Virus record (IMG/VR): IMGVR_UViG_3300037507_003964
Source: an uncultured virus (IMG/VR IMGVR_UViG_3300037507_003964)
Taxonomy: Duplodnaviria; Heunggongvirae; Uroviricota; Caudoviricetes
Direction: 5' to 3' (one strand)
DNA: 64,000 nucleotides
Shown: in pieces, positions 63,064-64,000 of the stretch
Layout of the letters: each line of letters opens with the position of its first letter
Position numbering within the stretch: position 1 is the first letter of the stretch
Notes under the pieces: generated by a model
The model's input: only the letters and a program-made list of their open reading frames with translations
Told to the model about the DNA's origin: nothing
The model's database searches: none
Position numbers and translations under genes: made by a program

Positions 63064-63122
63064 ATTATAGCAAAAAGCGGTATACCTGTCAAGCAAAAGT
63101 TAAGTGTTGTATTCGTGCAACA
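63064..63122 (-). promoter_or_regulatory. Early promoter cassette
   Basis: TTGACA-N17-TATAAT plus palindrome at 63105-22. Confidence 0.82.
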
Positions 63123-63386
63123 CTATTCAGAACCACTGTCGGGGCTTGTTTTCCCATCAGGTCCACTAATGTCATACCGACCACCACATTTGCCACAGTA
63201 GAACCAAGACCAACCAAAGCCATTGTCGTGGTATTTACCGCCTCGGTGTCCTTCAAGAAAACAATCACGAAGCAATTGTTTCTTAGCAGGCAAGTAGACA
63301 GTATTGTCATACTCAGCCAGGAGTTCTTCCATCTTTAGTGCCCTAGCACGATCAATCTCACCTCGACGTTTCCAAATGTCACTCAT
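63123..63386 (-). CDS. Hypothetical Zn-finger-like protein
   Basis: C...GH...CGKCG. Confidence 0.62.
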   Translation of the reverse strand: MSDIWKRRGEIDRARALKMEELLAEYDNTVYLPAKKQLLRDCFLEGHRGGKYHDNGFGWSWFYCGKCGGRYDISGPDGKTSPDSGSE

Positions 63387-63546
63387 ACTTAACGCCCATA
63401 TGGTTTAGAATACGCATACAGTCATCGCTTAAACATTGATTAGCACATTCCCTAACAATCAACTCGGCGAACAATTCTAAATCAATATGCACATTGTAGA
63501 ATTCATTATGGGATTCTTCAGCAAGTTCTCGAATTCGTTCGTTCAT
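63379..63546 (-). CDS. Second MNERIREL-family protein (not in ORF track)
   Basis: MNERIRELAEESHNEFYNVHIDLELFAELIVRECANQCLSDDCMRILNHMGVKYE. Confidence 0.68.
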   Translation of the reverse strand: MNERIRELAEESHNEFYNVHIDLELFAELIVRECANQCLSDDCMRILNHMGVKYE

Positions 63547-63887
63547 ACATCATCCTCGCCACAAAAAACTTTTGTAAGGTCAGCAATGTTATAACCTTTC
63601 AAGCTTAGTTTGCTTCTTGCCGGAATATTACCTCGCACATATTCATACTTGACAAACTTTCCCAAGCCTTCATCAATTTCTTTCACAGTCTTTCCATGCC
63701 ATACTTTGCCAAGAATGTATTTGACTTTTACCCACTTTACGTTGTTCTCAGGAGTACCTGAATACTCGCTTTTAAAACTGTAGTAATCACTGTGACCTCC
63801 ACCCATAGAAACAATATTTAATGGACGGCACCAATCTTCTGGATCAATAACATCATTGTCTTCAAGCATTTGAATGGAGATCATCAT
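63543..63887 (-). CDS. Hypothetical protein
   Basis: MMISIQMLED...DWCRPL. Confidence 0.62.
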   Translation of the reverse strand: MMISIQMLEDNDVIDPEDWCRPLNIVSMGGGHSDYYSFKSEYSGTPENNVKWVKVKYILGKVWHGKTVKEIDEGLGKFVKYEYVRGNIPARSKLSLKGYNIADLTKVFCGEDDV

Positions 63888-64000
63888 TCGACTCCGAAAT
63901 GTTTCTTTAGGTCCTCGATGCATCGACGGACTTCCATGTCCTCGCGGTTCAGGTCGCCCATGTACCGCTTCTGAACTACGCCGATAGCCTCATTTACGAT

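Noticed and set aside
1..64000. Stop-codon reassignment, inteins or a diversity-generating retroelement
   Set aside because: Core genes are full length in the standard code with normal sizes; no reverse transcriptase or TR/VR pair was seen

Overview
This is a 64-kb segment of a large T4-like (Tevenvirinae-related) myovirus genome. The host is probably a betaproteobacterium, inferred from the tmRNA tag ANDERFALAA, a PhoB-type Pho box and sigma70 promoters. Layout: 1-13.8 kb baseplate/tail module (gp6, gp25, PAAR, gp5, gp53, gp48, gp4, gp2, gp54, gp26, gp51, putative tape measure); 13.8-16 kb gp32/gp59/gp33; 16-26 kb accessory island (lysis-like genes, outer-membrane beta-barrel, tmRNA, PstS, 2OG-Fe(II) oxygenase, PhoH, DenV-like, antitoxin-like); 26-39 kb DsbA, RNase H, nucleotide metabolism (dCMP deaminase, NrdAB, Trx, ThyX) and primase; 39-50 kb late cluster of probable capsid-internal proteins plus Dps; 50-53 kb early small genes; 53.7-58.9 kb gp41, UvsX, gp43; then two tRNAs and a hypervariable small-ORF region. 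The strongest signals not shown by the ORF track are: (1) a complete -1 ribosomal frameshift signal (internal SD, A-AAT-TTT, GNRA hairpin) that would fuse gp26 and gp51; (2) a circularly permuted two-piece tmRNA preceded by a degenerate tRNA-like element; (3) a Pho box in front of pstS; (4) a family of early promoter cassettes carrying an 18-bp TGTTGY-N6-RCAACA palindrome and mostly 16-nt spacers; (5) modular polyprotein-like late proteins with capsid-targeting-like N-termini and repeated prohead-protease-like E sites. All product calls come from motif recognition and synteny; no database searches were run.
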